Origin: Octopus vulgaris
Taxonomy: Eukaryota
Assembly (NCBI GenBank): GCA_951406725.2
Contig: OX597826.1
Coordinates: forward strand, 50,158,001 to 50,222,000
Reading direction: 5' to 3'
Length of the DNA: 64,000 nucleotides
A program made the translations under genes and the position numbers. Below are positions 1-15,072 of this stretch, piece by piece. The notes under the pieces were generated by a model. It had not been told where the DNA came from. It did not search any database and saw nothing but the letters and a program-made list of their open reading frames with translations. Position 1 is the stretch's first letter, and each line of letters begins with the position of its first letter.

Positions 1-342
1 GTCTGTATAAGTAACAGTTGTGTATGCAGGAAGCGGCAGTGGATTTCTTTACCCGTGGATCTATAACGATATGTCGACATCCCTAGATATAGCATTTATG
101 TGGTCACGTGATCTGCTAGAAAGGGCAGCCAAATATCCCTCAAATCACCCCCAGCTATTTTAAAACTTAGGGTGGTTTATTGTAGTTCGTATATATACAT
201 CCATATATATGTATACATATAAAGGAATGTATGTGCGTGTGTATATCTGTGTATGCGCGCGTGTGTGTATGTGTGTGTGCGTGTCTGTATGTGTGTGTGT
301 ATGTATGCATGTATGTTTGTATGTATGTATGTGTATGTATGT

Positions 343-544
343 ATACTCTTACTCTTTTACACTTTTACTTGTTTCAGTCATTTGACTGTGGTCATGCTAG
401 AGCACCGCCTTTAGTCGAGCAAATCGACCCCATGACTTAGTACTTATTCTATCGATGTCTTTTGCGGAACCGCTAAGTTGCGGGGACGTAAACACACTAG
501 CATCGGTTGTCAAGCGATGTTGGGGGACAAACACAGACACACAA

Positions 545-638
<94 letters not shown>

Positions 639-801
639 ACATATATTCGACGGGCTTCTTTCAGTTTCTGTCTACCAAATCCACTCACAAGGCTTTGGTC
701 GGCCCGAGACTATAGTAGAAGACATTTGCCCAAGGTACCACGCAGTGGGACTGAACCCGGAACCATGTGGTTTGTAAGCAAGCTACTTACCACACAGCCA
801 C
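343..801 (-). mobile_element. tRNA-derived SINE family A copy with internal (TA)n/(TG)n microsatellite
   Basis: Reverse complement of the family consensus seen at 26652-27070: A box TGGCTGTGTGG, B box GGTTCAGTCCC, CORE-like ACCTTGGGCAA, tail GCGGTGCTCTAGCATGACCACAGTCAAATGACTGAAAC. Confidence 0.9.
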
Positions 802-1351
802 TGGACTGTGACCATATTGGGGCACCCCTTGAAGGCTTTTAGTAAAACGAATCAACTCGCGTATTTATTTTTTTTTAATCTGGCACTTATTTTATCGGTC
901 CTTTATACCGATCCGCTCTGTTACAGGAACATGAACAAACCTACACCGGTTATCCGAATTTACTGAGCTCTAAATGACTGCAAAAACCTTATAACAAATA
1001 TCTTCTGGTCAACTGGACCCGTTCTCTTTATATCCTATTCTCACTCAGCTCGTCTCTTATTTTCACTCACCTCGTCTGTTAATACCGCTTTCCTTGTCTC
1101 CTAACCCCTCCTCGTTTCTTAATCCGGCTCCCTTCATTTCTTAATCTCGAACCAAGAAATACATTGGCACCGCGTATATACACACCTACAACCACACTGA
1201 AATCTATGGTATTAATACATACTGCAATAAATACAGTGTACGAGGGGGATATTGTGTTGTAGAGACATATATTTGACACTATATTGTTGTGTTACATAAT
1301 AGTATATCTTTACTATGGTGGCGGTGTTGAATAGTGTGATGTATAATGTAC

Positions 1352-1671
1352 AGTAGTGGCTTAGTGGCTGGGGGTATTCAGCTCACGATCGTAAGGTCGT
1401 GAGTTCGATTCTCGGTGGTACGTTATGTCCTTGAGCAAAACGCTTTATTTCATGTTGCTTCAATCCACTCAGCTAGCAAAAAGGAGTTGTACCTGTAATT
1501 CAAAAGGGTCAACCTTGTCACACTCTATATCATGCTGAATCTCCCTGAGTACTACATTAAGGATACTCGTGTCTGAGGAGTACTCAGTCACTTGCATGTT
1601 AATTTCATGAGCAGACTGTTCTGTTGATAGGGTCAACTGGAACCCGCGTCCTCGTAACCGATGGAGTGCCA
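1352..1671 (+). mobile_element. tRNA-derived SINE family C (older)
   Basis: A box TGGCTTAGTGG, B box GAGTTCGATTC, then TGTCCTTGAGCAA; colinear along its length with 59157-59460. Confidence 0.7.
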
Positions 1672-1981
1672 ATTTAATGTATTGTGGCGTATATATTATA
1701 CTGTTGTATAATGTAGCATAGTGTAAAGCTATGTCGTATAGTGTGTTGTGGGGTTGTGTGGAGTAAACTGCAGGGTAGTGTCATGTGTATAGCCCAGAAC
1801 AGTACGGTGCTGTCTTGTTACAGTTATTAAGACGCTAGGAGGTAGAATCACAATTTAGCTACATGATAGCCTTTAATTACCATTCTTTACCTCCCAATGA
1901 AGTCAACTTAGTTTTTCACTCTTTAGAAATTTAGTAAAATTAAAATCTTCTCAAGTATTGGTGTCGATATACTCGACAATT

Positions 1982-2396
<415 letters not shown>

Positions 2397-3282
2397 ACTT
2401 CACTTAACGCCTCTTGTGTTCTTCAAAAAGGCATAAACGTTGCACAACTCATTTATTTCCTTCTCTCAATAAACCTGAAACCTTATCTGCCTGTATAAGG
2501 TCTATGTAAATCATTATTTATTAATTACTATTGTTGTGGTCTCTACCACCACCATCAATACATACGTACACACACACGCAGGCACTCACACACACACACA
2601 CACACACATACACACACACTCACGCTCGCACGCACATACTGCAATTTTGTCAGTCTATCCGCCATAATTTTACGCGCGTTCACCTATGTCGTCTGCCTCT
2701 TTGATTCTAAATTCACAGATAAATAATAGAAAGTTTGTCAATAAACGATGCATTTGTTGAACATTATTAATCGTAATGGTGTTATAAAACCTGAATAATT
2801 GTTTCTAGGTTTTAATAAGTCTTCATAGAGAGTGAAAGGCGAGGAGAGAGAAAGAGAAAGGAGGTTGGAATGGTGGCGGGTGGAGGCTTACACACAGGTT
2901 TAAATACATAACAGACACGCTCCGGAATATGATATTGAATACCCTTTCTTTTCGTAATTCTTTCTACTAATGACTGCTAGCCTGAAACTAAAATGGGAAG
3001 CTATTAAAGTTCTAATGAAAGAAAGAAATGGAAATGAAGGTGTCAAAGGAAATCTACAGAAAAATAGGTGCCGTTTTATTGATGTGTCGAGTCGGCGAAG
3101 AATAAAATGTTGAAAAAAATAAACACACAAAATGGTATTGAAAACATTCACTCTTTTGATATTAGTTATACATGATTTCACACCAACTGTTTCGATGTTT
3201 CGATGCCAAGCTCTCACTCTTTCTATTACCGTTTTTCTTCATCACCCTCTCTTTCTATCTCTATCTCTCTCCCTCTCTTTTT

Positions 3283-3345
<63 letters not shown>

Positions 3346-3371
3346 AGCACACATAAATATATACACATATA

Positions 3372-3413
<42 letters not shown>

Positions 3414-3589
3414 TTTATCACTCTTTGTCTTCCTCTTACCCTATCCCTCTCTTTGTATCCCCTTTTCTACCTTATTTTCTCTAACACTCAATCTTTCTCT
3501 GCATAATACATTCTCCCTTTCTGTATCGCTCACTCTATCTATTAATCAATCTCACTCTCTATCTAGCTTCTTATCTCTCTATCTATCAA

Positions 3590-3639
<50 letters not shown>

Positions 3640-3683
3640 ACTATCTTTTTTCTTCTTTCCCTTCTACCTTTTCTACTCACTCA

Positions 3684-3732
<49 letters not shown>

Positions 3733-4319
3733 TTGTCTATCTATCCAACTCTATTTCACTGTCTACCTATCTCATTCTCTCATTCTCTCTCTCTCTCACG
3801 TTCTCTTTGTTTCTCAGTTCTCATCAACTTTCATTTCCTTTTGTTATTCCTTACTCTTTCTCTCTGTCTCTTTCCATCTTTCTCCTTCTCTCTCCCCTTT
3901 CTCTTTCCTTCTCCCCTTCCCTTTCCCTCTCTCTCTCTCTCATATCATTCTATATTATTGAATTGTTCAAGTGTTACGTTAATGCCATTTCCATGTGGAA
4001 TCACCCAGCCATTTCAACCGTTTCCATATTGCCAGAGCAAGTTCCAAACATTCATTTCCGTGCACAAGCTATGCACTTACGATTTTTGCATTGTCACCAG
4101 AAAACAGAGTTTTCTTGTTGATTTTCTGTTTGTTTTCTTTGTTTTTCTTGTTCTTATTTTGTTTTTTTTTTTTGTTTCACAACCCCTATATTACCCCCAA
4201 CCCATCCACGCCTCGAATTAAAACAGCAACAACAAGAAAAACAACAATGATAATAACAAATATAATAATTATTAATGTTAAGGATAATAAAAATCAAAAC
4301 GAATACTGATGAGAATGGT

Positions 4320-5089
<770 letters not shown>

Positions 5090-5661
5090 AAAAAACGAAA
5101 AACTCCACTACACCACATTGACTTCGTTGTTTTAGTTGTTCTTTTTTTTTGTTTTTGTTCTACTTTTAATGTTGTTTGCTTTGTTTTGATTTTTGTTTTT
5201 TGTTGTTGTTTTTTTTAATATTTTAAATTATTGCTTGATTTGAAATTTTACACACAGATATTTTATTTTTTTTATTATTATGATTATTATTATTTTTTTT
5301 TTTTTTTTTTTTTAGTGGGTGGAACGGAATGGTTTTGAACCATTTCATCTTTTTTAATCTATTTAACAGTTACTGAAAACGGAACTTACCGATTACAGAC
5401 ACTAAAAGTGGTATTACAGATTATTCTCTTATTTTATTTCATTTGTTTTTGTCTTATTTTTTGTCTTATTTCATATTTTATCCTTCAATTACAATTCAAT
5501 TGAATTATTGTCGTATTGGTTTTGTTTCGTTTTTGGTTTGTTTTCGGAGGGGTTTTTTCCTCATAATTACAAAGAGTTGTTTTAACATCATCATCATCAT
5601 CATCATCACCACCACCACCATCATCACTATCATCACCACACTCATCGTCGTCGTCGTCGTT

Positions 5662-5719
<58 letters not shown>

Positions 5720-5751
5720 ATAACATTTTAAGATGTTGCTGTGATGTTATC

Positions 5752-5794
<43 letters not shown>

Positions 5795-5823
5795 GCGCCG
5801 AACAAAGTGATAATCGGTATTGA

Positions 5824-6095
5824 AAGGCGGCATATTACGTTCTAGTTTCGAATCATGCCAAGAGCCAACTCTATCTTTCATCATTTCGGGGTCGATAAAA
5901 TAAAGTACCAGTCAAGTACCGGGAGTGATGTAATCGACTGTTCCCCTCCCCCTAAAACTGCAGTCATTGCGCCAAAATTTGAAGCAATTATAGAGTACAA
6001 ATACCGCCGAATATCAACTTTGCGTTTTATCTTTCCGGGGTCGATAAAAGAGAGTACCACGGGTACTGGGATCAATGTACTCGAGTATCCCCTCT
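5824..6095 (+). mobile_element. SINE family B, degraded fragments
   Basis: CTTTCATCATTTCGGGGTCGATAAAATAAAGTACCAG core plus a second, more diverged copy. Confidence 0.7.
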
Positions 6096-6099
6096 TAAC

Positions 6100-6430
6100 A
6101 AATTGCCGTCCTAATCTAGGCACAACCGAAAAACCTAGACAAGATCCCTGGATAGATAGACCCAAACTGCAGCCACCCACACTTGATGGAGGCGAGCAGA
6201 ACTCTTTTACTCTGTTACTCTTTTACTTGTTTCAGTCATTTGACTGCGGCCATGCTGGAGCACCGCCTTTAGTCGAGCAAATCGACCCCGGGACTTATTC
6301 TTTGTAAGCCCAGTACTTATTCTATCAGTCTCTTTTGCCGATCCGCTAAGTGACGGGGACGTAAACACACCAGCATCGGTTGTCAAGCAATGCTAGGGGG
6401 ACAAACCCAGACACACAAACACACAGACAT

Positions 6431-6473
<43 letters not shown>

Positions 6474-7680
6474 CGACAGGCTTCTTTCAGTTTCCGTCTA
6501 CCAAATCCACTCACAAGGCATTGGTCGGCCCGGGGCAATAGCAGAGGACACTTGCCCAAGATGCCACGCAGTGGGACTGAACCCGGAACCATGTGGTTGG
6601 TTAGCAAGCTACTTGCCATACAGCCACTCCTGCGCCTATGGTTAAGAAGGTTAAGTTTCCACATATGTGGTAGCAACAACCACTTGTTGTGGTGTTCTGT
6701 CCACAACAGGAGCTGAGGCAACATGAACCTACATTTCCCCAACACCATGAATACAAAAATAACAGCAGCATCAATAAAAACAACAACGATAACTGCTAGC
6801 ACCACACACGTATCGATAAACAGGAGAGAAGTTTCGACGACTTGGAAGCTAAGGGGATATCTCCCTCCCCTTTAAAAAAAACAAAACAACTACTTAAATA
6901 ACATCCAAATACACGAACCAGGCTTTTCTCTCATTACCCCCACTCCAACGTCTTTGAATCCACGTCAGATGATGAAGAGGAGGAGAACAGGTTTGGTTTC
7001 GATCTCGTTTTCTGTGGTTAGATCGCTTCAGCGCACACATTTGTTTGCAGGTCAAACATAATGACCACTTAATGGAATTGTTTCAACCCGCTCCCCACCA
7101 CTACCACCATCAAGAGTGTTCTCTCTCATCGTTTGCTTTTTTTTTATGTTTTTGCTCTTGCACCATTGCTTCAGAAGGTAGAGATATTGAGGGATATCCT
7201 GTCTCAACTTGAACAGGGTAAAGCTGTGTCGACATACACGGCGAGGTCACCGGAATGGCGTCGAACACTAAAGAAATTAAGATGGTCGTCACCAAACAGG
7301 TGGAAGACGGGAAGGAGAGACAGGAATGCGCATCATCCCGAACAACTCGATGAACTTAGTCTCGTATCTTAAGAGACTGAGGGTACTGTTAAGATGCTTG
7401 GATTCCGATTTTCAAGTGGGAAGGAATTAGGTCGAGGTTACGAGAAGAGTAATCAAGTCTTATTTGAAGATAGGCTTAAAGGAACATAACCTAGAGAGAT
7501 TGAGAAGGAGAGGCGAATCGCCCCCATTAATTAATACTGATTGATCGTCTTGTGTTGCCCCAGTTTTCATGTGGCCAAACTGGAGCATCTGATTTTCCAC
7601 TTCTTGGAGAAAAGACGCGTTCCACTGGTACGAACCTCCGTCTCTTGTCTCTGCATCATCAACTACAGTATATTAAGTTT
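6100..7680 (+). mobile_element. Old, heavily decayed Tx1/L1-like LINE (possible ORF1 zinc knuckle plus RT fragment), interrupted by SINE-A
   Basis: 7110-7250 encodes QECSLSS..YVFALAPLLQKVEILRDI..AVSTYT, homologous to QGCPLSSLLFVLALEPLLQKMEAL..VSAYADD of the element at 24167-24511; ~6655-6710 reads HICGSNNHL..(frameshift)FCPQ, like a CCHC knuckle. Confidence 0.55.
6201..6638 (-). mobile_element. SINE family A, full length
   Basis: Complete head-to-tail match to the family consensus. Confidence 0.92.
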
Positions 7681-9421
7681 CCCTCAGCACCCTCTACTCT
7701 TTTGATTCGGTATGGTTTAGCAGATGAGGTACAGACGAGCATTGAGGCTGGGGGTACAGCATAGGCACAGCTTCCTAAGTAGTGAAGCTGGAGTCGTAGT
7801 TTTTCAAATAGTATTTTTGATGAAGCTGCAGTCTTGAAATTAGTGAAGACCAAAGCTAAATGTGAGATATGTGGAATGTTGTAAACCGTTCACAGTTTTC
7901 TACCAGTTGAGCAATGCGGTGTTTATTTCAGATCACCGTATTCTGAGTTCAAATCCCACAGAAGTCGCCTTTGCTTTTCATCCTGCTGGGGTCAATAAAA
8001 TAAAGGAAAAATGTGGTGGGATTGCTTGAGTATAGGTAGGATCCTTCGCAGCGTTTGTTCCGGCTTTGTACGTTCTGAGTTCTTGGTTGTGGACTTAATC
8101 ACTGGTTTTAATACCAGTACCTGGTTTGGGGGTATCTTTAACGGAATTCACTCTGTAGCAAACATTTGGACCAGTATGAAAATAACTTCATTTTCTTCCT
8201 CTTTCTTGGAGAGCTTAATATATAAAGACATAATATAAAGAGATGAGCACTGTTCTTCAGCGCCTAAGGGAGCGGAAGAAAAATACGATAAGGCTCTGTA
8301 GCTTTATTTTCATGATTCAAAATCATGGTTTATGGCACATTTGATCTTCTCAAAGCATGCCCAATCAAAATTTAAAATTTTTTAACGTAACACGCTAACA
8401 GCTAACAAAGTTTTGAGCGCTAGCAATTAGCTGGTCTTTATTATTGTTTTTATTTTGTTTTATTTGGGGGCGGTTTCTGGAAAATGAACTCCCAGTGAAA
8501 ATTGTAAAAGTGAGTGTGAAACATCACAGCAACCAATTTCTCTTCCCGCTTTGGTTCAATGGCGCTAATCAAATGTAGTATAAATGGTTGTTGATGATTA
8601 TCTAGGAGGTCTGAGTATGAGGGTATTTTGAAAATACCTCACGGAGTGATGACCGTTATCGGCATAGTTACGGGCTGCCCTTTAGCAAAGTATATCACCC
8701 GTTCAGCCACCCTGCTAGGGATATGGTGAAGTCATGGGACTGCAGCATATCGGATTGTGAAGAGGTAACGGAAGAGATCAACTGAGCCAACGGTACTTTT
8801 TACATTGATTCTGAGCGGAGGAATCCTTGAACACCAACGGTCAGGATCACCAAGTACTATCAAGAGAGGAACTGCAACGCATCCATAGCAATGGCGTCCA
8901 TGGTTGTGTAATCAGCTAACGAAAGATTCACTATGACTGAAGCTCCCAACTCAAATTCATAATAATGGAACTGGATGGTGATAGAGTCATGGTAATCCAC
9001 GAAAACAGCGGAAAACTAATCAAGGAAGTAAATCCTTTATCATTTATCAATTTTTTTGTTACCGAAAACTGTGTCTTTAGATTTACCTATGCTACATGTC
9101 CTACAACAATGATTGTTAACCTTCTCTTTACTCCAACCCTTCTTTAGATGAAGTTAGACTTTGTAGCGTAAACGTAGAGGCTTGGGGGCTTTGTTGGGGA
9201 GTACTTCTTTTTATTCCAGAATATGAATAAGATGTTGCGAGAAAATGGGGAATACACGAGAGACGTTGAAAGTGAGAGACATTGACTCTACCAACAAGCT
9301 GGTACAGAAATTAATACAAATATAATTCCGTCAAAGCCTCCAAGATTCAGGTGCTGACATTAAAACCGGAGAAGAATTAAGTCCAAACATATATATTTCT
9401 GAATGACTTTAAAACGAGAAG

Positions 9422-9570
9422 ATGCAGTGACTAAGTGGTTACAGAATTGGGCTTAGACTCGTTAGGCCGTTGGTTCGATTCCTAGAGTGGCTGATACGTT
9501 GTGTCTTTAAGCAAAACACGTCATTCATGTTCCTTCAGTTTCGAGACCGAAACGAGTACCAGTCGAGTAC
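9422..9570 (+). mobile_element. Degraded tRNA-SINE head (family C-like)
   Basis: A-box-like TGACTAAGTGG, B box GGTTCGATTCC, TGTGTCTTTAAGCAA. Confidence 0.45.
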
Positions 9571-9949
9571 TTCTGCACTCCTCTCTACCTCCAGATGTCA
9601 TACTTTGGATGTTGCGCTAGAAAGAGCTGACAGAGTGTCTATGTCTACTCGTGACTACACAGGCACCTAAAGCAATTAGTGAAAGCATGGTACAGGCTAC
9701 CAAGTTATTCTCGATTCCTAGTAACGGCGATAGTTTTGGGGGGCTTTTTCTTTTAACATAAAAATGAATTTGGTGTACAGCGTTGAGTAAATAAGGTTCC
9801 TGGCCCCCTAGCCTATGACATTCGATATCAAAATACCTTACTGTATCGATTGCAAGTCATCACCTGACATTTTCGGTGGCAAGGTTAAATAAATATCACA
9901 CGTCTTTTTCCATTTGACATCTTTATCTTTCTGAGTTAACAGCTTGTTT

Positions 9950-10040
9950 GCGTCTATAAACGGTGCTGCTGTGACGTCACAGCGTTAAACCGTTGCGTCA
10001 TAACATAAAACGCTGTCGTCATAGTTAGTGACACAAGTTC
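9950..10040 (+). promoter_or_regulatory. Candidate CRE/ATF-site cluster (possible promoter or enhancer)
   Basis: Perfect 16-bp palindrome GCTGTGACGTCACAGC (9968-9983) containing TGACGTCA; two more CGTCA half sites within ~40 bp; TATAAA (9955) and CATAAAA (10004) nearby; not part of any repeat recognised here. Confidence 0.3.
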
Positions 10041-10203
10041 AAAATCCCAGTTTATTCTCTTTTACTCCCTTGAGCTCTGTCTGTCTGTCTCTCTCTCTTT
10101 CTTTCTTTTTCTCTCTCCGTCTCTGGCCTTTCTATTTAGTTGCTAGCGCTCACATATGGTTGATCACCTGGGATCAATCAAATGTTTCTTCATGTATGCC
10201 TTT

Positions 10204-10236
<33 letters not shown>

Positions 10237-10570
10237 CATTTATATAAATGTGTGTGTGTGCGCGCGTGCGTGTGATTGAGTGTGTATCTTAGAGAGGAAA
10301 TAAGACAGAAAGAAAAAGGGAGAAAGATAGGATGAAGAAAGAAAGAAAAAAAACATAAAGAAAGACGGTAGGAGGCAAGCTATATTATTCAATCTTATCT
10401 GTGACAAGGTTACATACATTTGCCAGCTGATCTTTTTGGTGGACCGCGGTGATTGCTCCAAAAACCAAAACCTGACCTTTAAGAGGCATTGGAATTATAT
10501 ACATAATATATGCATAGATTATGAGTGGGGAGGGGGTGTATGCATGCATGTCTGTATGTGTGTGTGTTTG

Positions 10571-10609
<39 letters not shown>

Positions 10610-10699
10610 TCATATCTACAAATATTCACACACACACATGTACATATGTGTATATATATATATACATTTATATACATATATATATACATATATATATAT

Positions 10700-10778
<79 letters not shown>

Positions 10779-11070
10779 TGTTTGTATATGTATAGGTTTG
10801 GTAGAACAAACAGTACAAATAGAATTTTTCGAAAAACATTTGTATATGCTTTCTCTGCCATTAAAAATATATAAAAATATATATCTATACACACACATAT
10901 ATGTGGGTGTGTACATGCATGTAAAAGTATATATACACACATAGAGACAAACACACATATATATATATATATATAGTTAATCCCCCCACACACACACACA
11001 CAAAAAAACGAAGAAAAAGCAACGCGAAGACGTGGTACATGCAAAGCATTAGCAGACGCTCAGGGAATAC

Positions 11071-11145
<75 letters not shown>

Positions 11146-11465
11146 CATACATACATACATACATACATACATACATACATACATACATACATGCACGTAT
11201 ATCTATACATACATACATAACGATGAATAGCTTTGCGTAAACCATGGTTCGTTTTGTTTTCTTACTTAATTATCATCTTATAATCATCTCATAATAATGA
11301 CTTTTATGACTCGTATTACTACCTTAGTCAATCTAAATGTATATATTTGTCGTTACCTGTCATAAATAGCCTTCTTCTATTTGCAATGTGCATTTTCGTT
11401 GATTTTTCATATTTTACCCTTACATTTCCACGTGTATTTTATATTTTCTTTTCGTAAAATTTTTC

Positions 11466-11506
<41 letters not shown>

Positions 11507-11519
11507 TTATATCTGCATT

Positions 11520-11800
11520 TGATTAGGAAATTATCTACAGCTTAGATATAAGTCCTGTAAGTTTCTCATTAGTCCTCCATAGATATTCCTTACCCAAATT
11601 TTTTAAGACAGTCGCATCCGCTGTACAGCTGATTTCGACAACGATGCATAACTGTTGCTCATTTTTCCATACACCAATATCTGGCGTGGTGTACTAATAT
11701 ATCAGGGTGCTGTTGCTATTGGAATGTCTCGTCTCCCTTCTCTGTTGAGACTCTCGCCTTCGGCTTCCTGCAATCGTACCCGCTCTATACGTGTTTTCGG
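11520..11800 (-). mobile_element. RLE-type non-LTR retrotransposon fragment (restriction-like endonuclease, Dong/R4- or NeSL-like); duplicated at ~18380-18660
   Basis: Minus strand reads TPDIGVWKNEQQLCIVVEISCTADATVLK...(frameshift)LMRNLQDLY, matching the RLE PD..E..CP.D motif. Confidence 0.7.
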
Positions 11801-11810
11801 TGGCATATTT

Positions 11811-12205
11811 ACTCCTTTACTCTTTTACTTGGTTCAGTCATTTGACTGCGGCCATGCTGGAGCACCGCCTTTAATCGAGCAACTCGACCCTGGGACTTAT
11901 TCTTTTGTAAGCCCAGTACTTATTCTATCGGTCTCTTTTGCCGAACCGCTAAGTAACGGGGACATAAACACACCAGCATCGGTTGTCAAGCAATGCTAGT
12001 GGGACAAACACACACACACACACATACATATACATATATACGACAGGCTTCTTTCAGTTTCCGTCTACCAAATCCACTCACAAGGCATTGGTCGACCCGG
12101 GGCTATAGCAGAAGACACTTGCTCAAGATGCCACGCAGTGGGACTGAACCCGGAACCATGTGGTTGGTTAACAAGCTACTTACCACACAGCCACTCCTGC
12201 GCCTA
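11811..12205 (-). mobile_element. SINE family A, full length (duplicated at 18671-19065)
   Basis: Consensus match. Confidence 0.92.
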
Positions 12206-12757
12206 TTTGCCCAAAATTGTAAACAAAAAATTATGAAGATAGAAAAAACATACATTAATCTCTATTTTTGTAAGCATTTGTATGTATATAGCATGTCTGT
12301 ATTTTTGTATGCAGTGTAAATTAACGAAATATAAGCAAATGAACGAAATAGCACATGTATGGAACTGCTAATTTAACGGTAAATGCCACAATAATTATTA
12401 TAGACAGACAAAGAATTTTATATTTTACCTTGCAACCTTGCAACTGCTGCGATAATTAAACTAGTAATGGAACAGTAAATGTGTATTGTTTTAAAGGAAA
12501 TAAAATAAAATTTCGTACTGACTCTGGCCAACTTGCACTTCACGCTTGTCAGTTGTTAGGTATGTATGTGTAGACGTGTGTGTGTGTGTGTTTAATAATG
12601 TACCGCATATAGTATGTCTATATTTTTGCATGCAGTGTAAATTATTACAAAAAAAAATTACATGCAACACTCCTGGGGTCTCATAGTATTACCATGTAAA
12701 ATTTAATTTGATTTGGTCGAACCGTTTTAGAAAACATTGGGAACAGAGATACAAAGG

Positions 12758-12820
<63 letters not shown>

Positions 12821-12840
12821 GGATATACATACATATACAT

Positions 12841-12896
<56 letters not shown>

Positions 12897-12920
12897 GTAT
12901 ATAGATATATATATATATAT

Positions 12921-13265
12921 ACTCTTTTACTTGTTTCAGTCATTTGACTGTGGCCATGCTGGAGCACTGCCTTTAGTCGACCAAATCGAACCCAGGACTT
13001 ATTCTTTGTAAGCCTAGTACTTATTCTATCGGTCTCTTTTGCCGAACCGCTAAGTTACGGGGACGTAAACACACCAGCATCGGTTGTCAAGCGATGTTGG
13101 GGGGGACAAACACAGACACACACATACATACATACATACATACATACATACATACATACATACATACATACATACATTCATACATACATACATACATACA
13201 TACATACATACATACATACATACATACATACATACATACATCAGTTTCCGTCTACCATATCCACA
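12921..13265 (-). mobile_element. SINE family A, 5'-truncated, with (TACA)n core (duplicated at ~19786-20130)
   Basis: Tail and middle match the consensus. Confidence 0.85.
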
Positions 13266-13611
13266 CATGGATATGTAGTACTTGATATATTACAGAACAG
13301 GTGTAGAGGTCAGAGATAGAACGCCTTCTGTTAGGGCTCTGCTCCATTAGGGTTGAACTCGGAGTTAAACAACAATGAAGACATGTATGCTACCATTTCT
13401 ATTTTGTTTTTATTTTTGTTCTTGTGTTTTTGTTTGTTTTGTTTTTGTTTCAGAACGGTTTTTTTTTTGTTTTTTGTTTTTTTGAAAAATTGATCATTTC
13501 TAACGTATCCTTATAGAGGATTGATGATTAAGCATTAAAAAATATATACTCAATAAATAACATGTTTATTACATCTGGAGTAAATCCAGAAGAAACTAAC
13601 TTGCATGTATC

Positions 13612-13807
13612 TTTTATCTTTTACTTGTTTCAATCAGTAGTCTGCGGCCATGCTGGGGCGCCCGCTGCCTTGAAGAATTTTTAGTCGAACAAATCGATCC
13701 CTCGTATTCTTTTTTTAGAGTCTAGTACTTATTGTATCGGTCTCTTTTAGACGAACCGTTAACAATAGTGGAAGACAAACACAAACACAAACACACACAC
13801 ACGCATA

Positions 13808-13849
<42 letters not shown>

Positions 13850-14280
13850 CATATATATATATATACGCATTGAGTCGAACCAGGGGCAGCAGATGAAGGG
13901 GAATTTTCCTTGTATTGTTTGTCCTGTACTCTGTTTTTTCGTTGTTAAAAAAAAGTCCGTTTCCTTATTTGATTTTATGTTTTCGTTTCTCGTTGTGTTC
14001 TACGTTTATTTGTGGCGTCCTGTACTCATATATGCATGTATATATACATATAGATGTAACTATGTACATTTATGTATGTATATATATGTATATGTTTTAT
14101 TTATTATATATATATATATATATAAACGATGGGCTTGCCTACGAATTCCTCTCACAAGGCGTTTGTCAGCCCGGGGCTGTAGTTAAAAACACCTGCCTAG
14201 CGTGCCATGTAATGGAACTGAACTCAGAACCATGTGGTTCGGAAGGAAACTTCTTACCACACAACCACGCTTGCACCTAA
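13612..14280 (-). mobile_element. Older SINE-A variant split by a fold-back-family arm fragment (~13885-14040); duplicated at ~20477-21145
   Basis: Diverged tail at 13612-13780 and head at 14125-14280; the insert begins CAGATGAAGGGG and resembles 32556-32694. Confidence 0.6.
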
Positions 14281-14564
14281 TATGTACATGATTGACTAAA
14301 ACGATCTTAAAGCGTTACATATTTGGCATGGAAACAAATTTCACATATAGTTCATACTTTAATTGTACTTAACAGCTGTTTCCTGAAGATAAACATCACT
14401 AAGTTTATAATTACATAATTGTGATGCGTAATTAATTTAAATGCTGTGTTTATCCAAATCCTAAAGAATGTTATGTAATATATATATATATGCGTATTAT
14501 ATAAATATAAGTATGTGTGTGTGTACTTCATGTATATGTTGAGCTAGCTAACTCGCTAGGTGGT

Positions 14565-14662
<98 letters not shown>

Positions 14663-14690
14663 TGGTAATTAAAAGCTCATTAATAACAAG

Positions 14691-14936
14691 ACGTTAGAAA
14701 TAACCTACAATCTTGGTGTGTTGCAAAAATCGGTTTTACTTGCAACTGCACGCATGCTGCGTAAAATACTCTCCGCCTGAGGTCCCCGTTGTGGTTTGAC
14801 ACAATACACGCAATATCTTCGATCTACATCACAGTATTGGACACTGTGAAACGTCTTCAATGATGATGATGATGAAATGGCGGTGCCCCAGCATGGCCAC
14901 AGCTCATGAGCTGAAACTAAAATCAATCAATCAATC
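14691..14936 (+). mobile_element. Dong/R4-like RLE LINE 3' end (C-terminus, 3' UTR, (AATC)n tail); duplicated at ~21556-21801
   Basis: Frame from 14691 reads TLEITYNLGVLQKSVLLATARMLRKILSA* (stop 14778-14780), the R4/Dong C-terminal LQK.VLLGTA.ILR motif; the 3' UTR ends in a SINE-A-like tail. Confidence 0.75.
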
Positions 14937-15012
14937 ATACGAAATAGCCCGGCTATAGAAAATGAAGAAGGTGAAGATAGTGCTAGTTATTGTTGGGTCC
15001 TTGGTGGTGGTG

Positions 15013-15072
<60 letters not shown>

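Noticed and set aside
507-842. Recurrent ORFs containing [16 protein letters not shown] that look like a gene family
   Set aside because: Antisense translations of SINE-A copies.
3172-4221. 349-aa ORF, the longest in the window
   Set aside because: Translation of (TA)n, (CT)n and T-rich tracts; no domain-like sequence.
8620-9130. GC-richer stretch that looks like decayed coding sequence
   Set aside because: The frames I translated contain stops and no motif I could assign.
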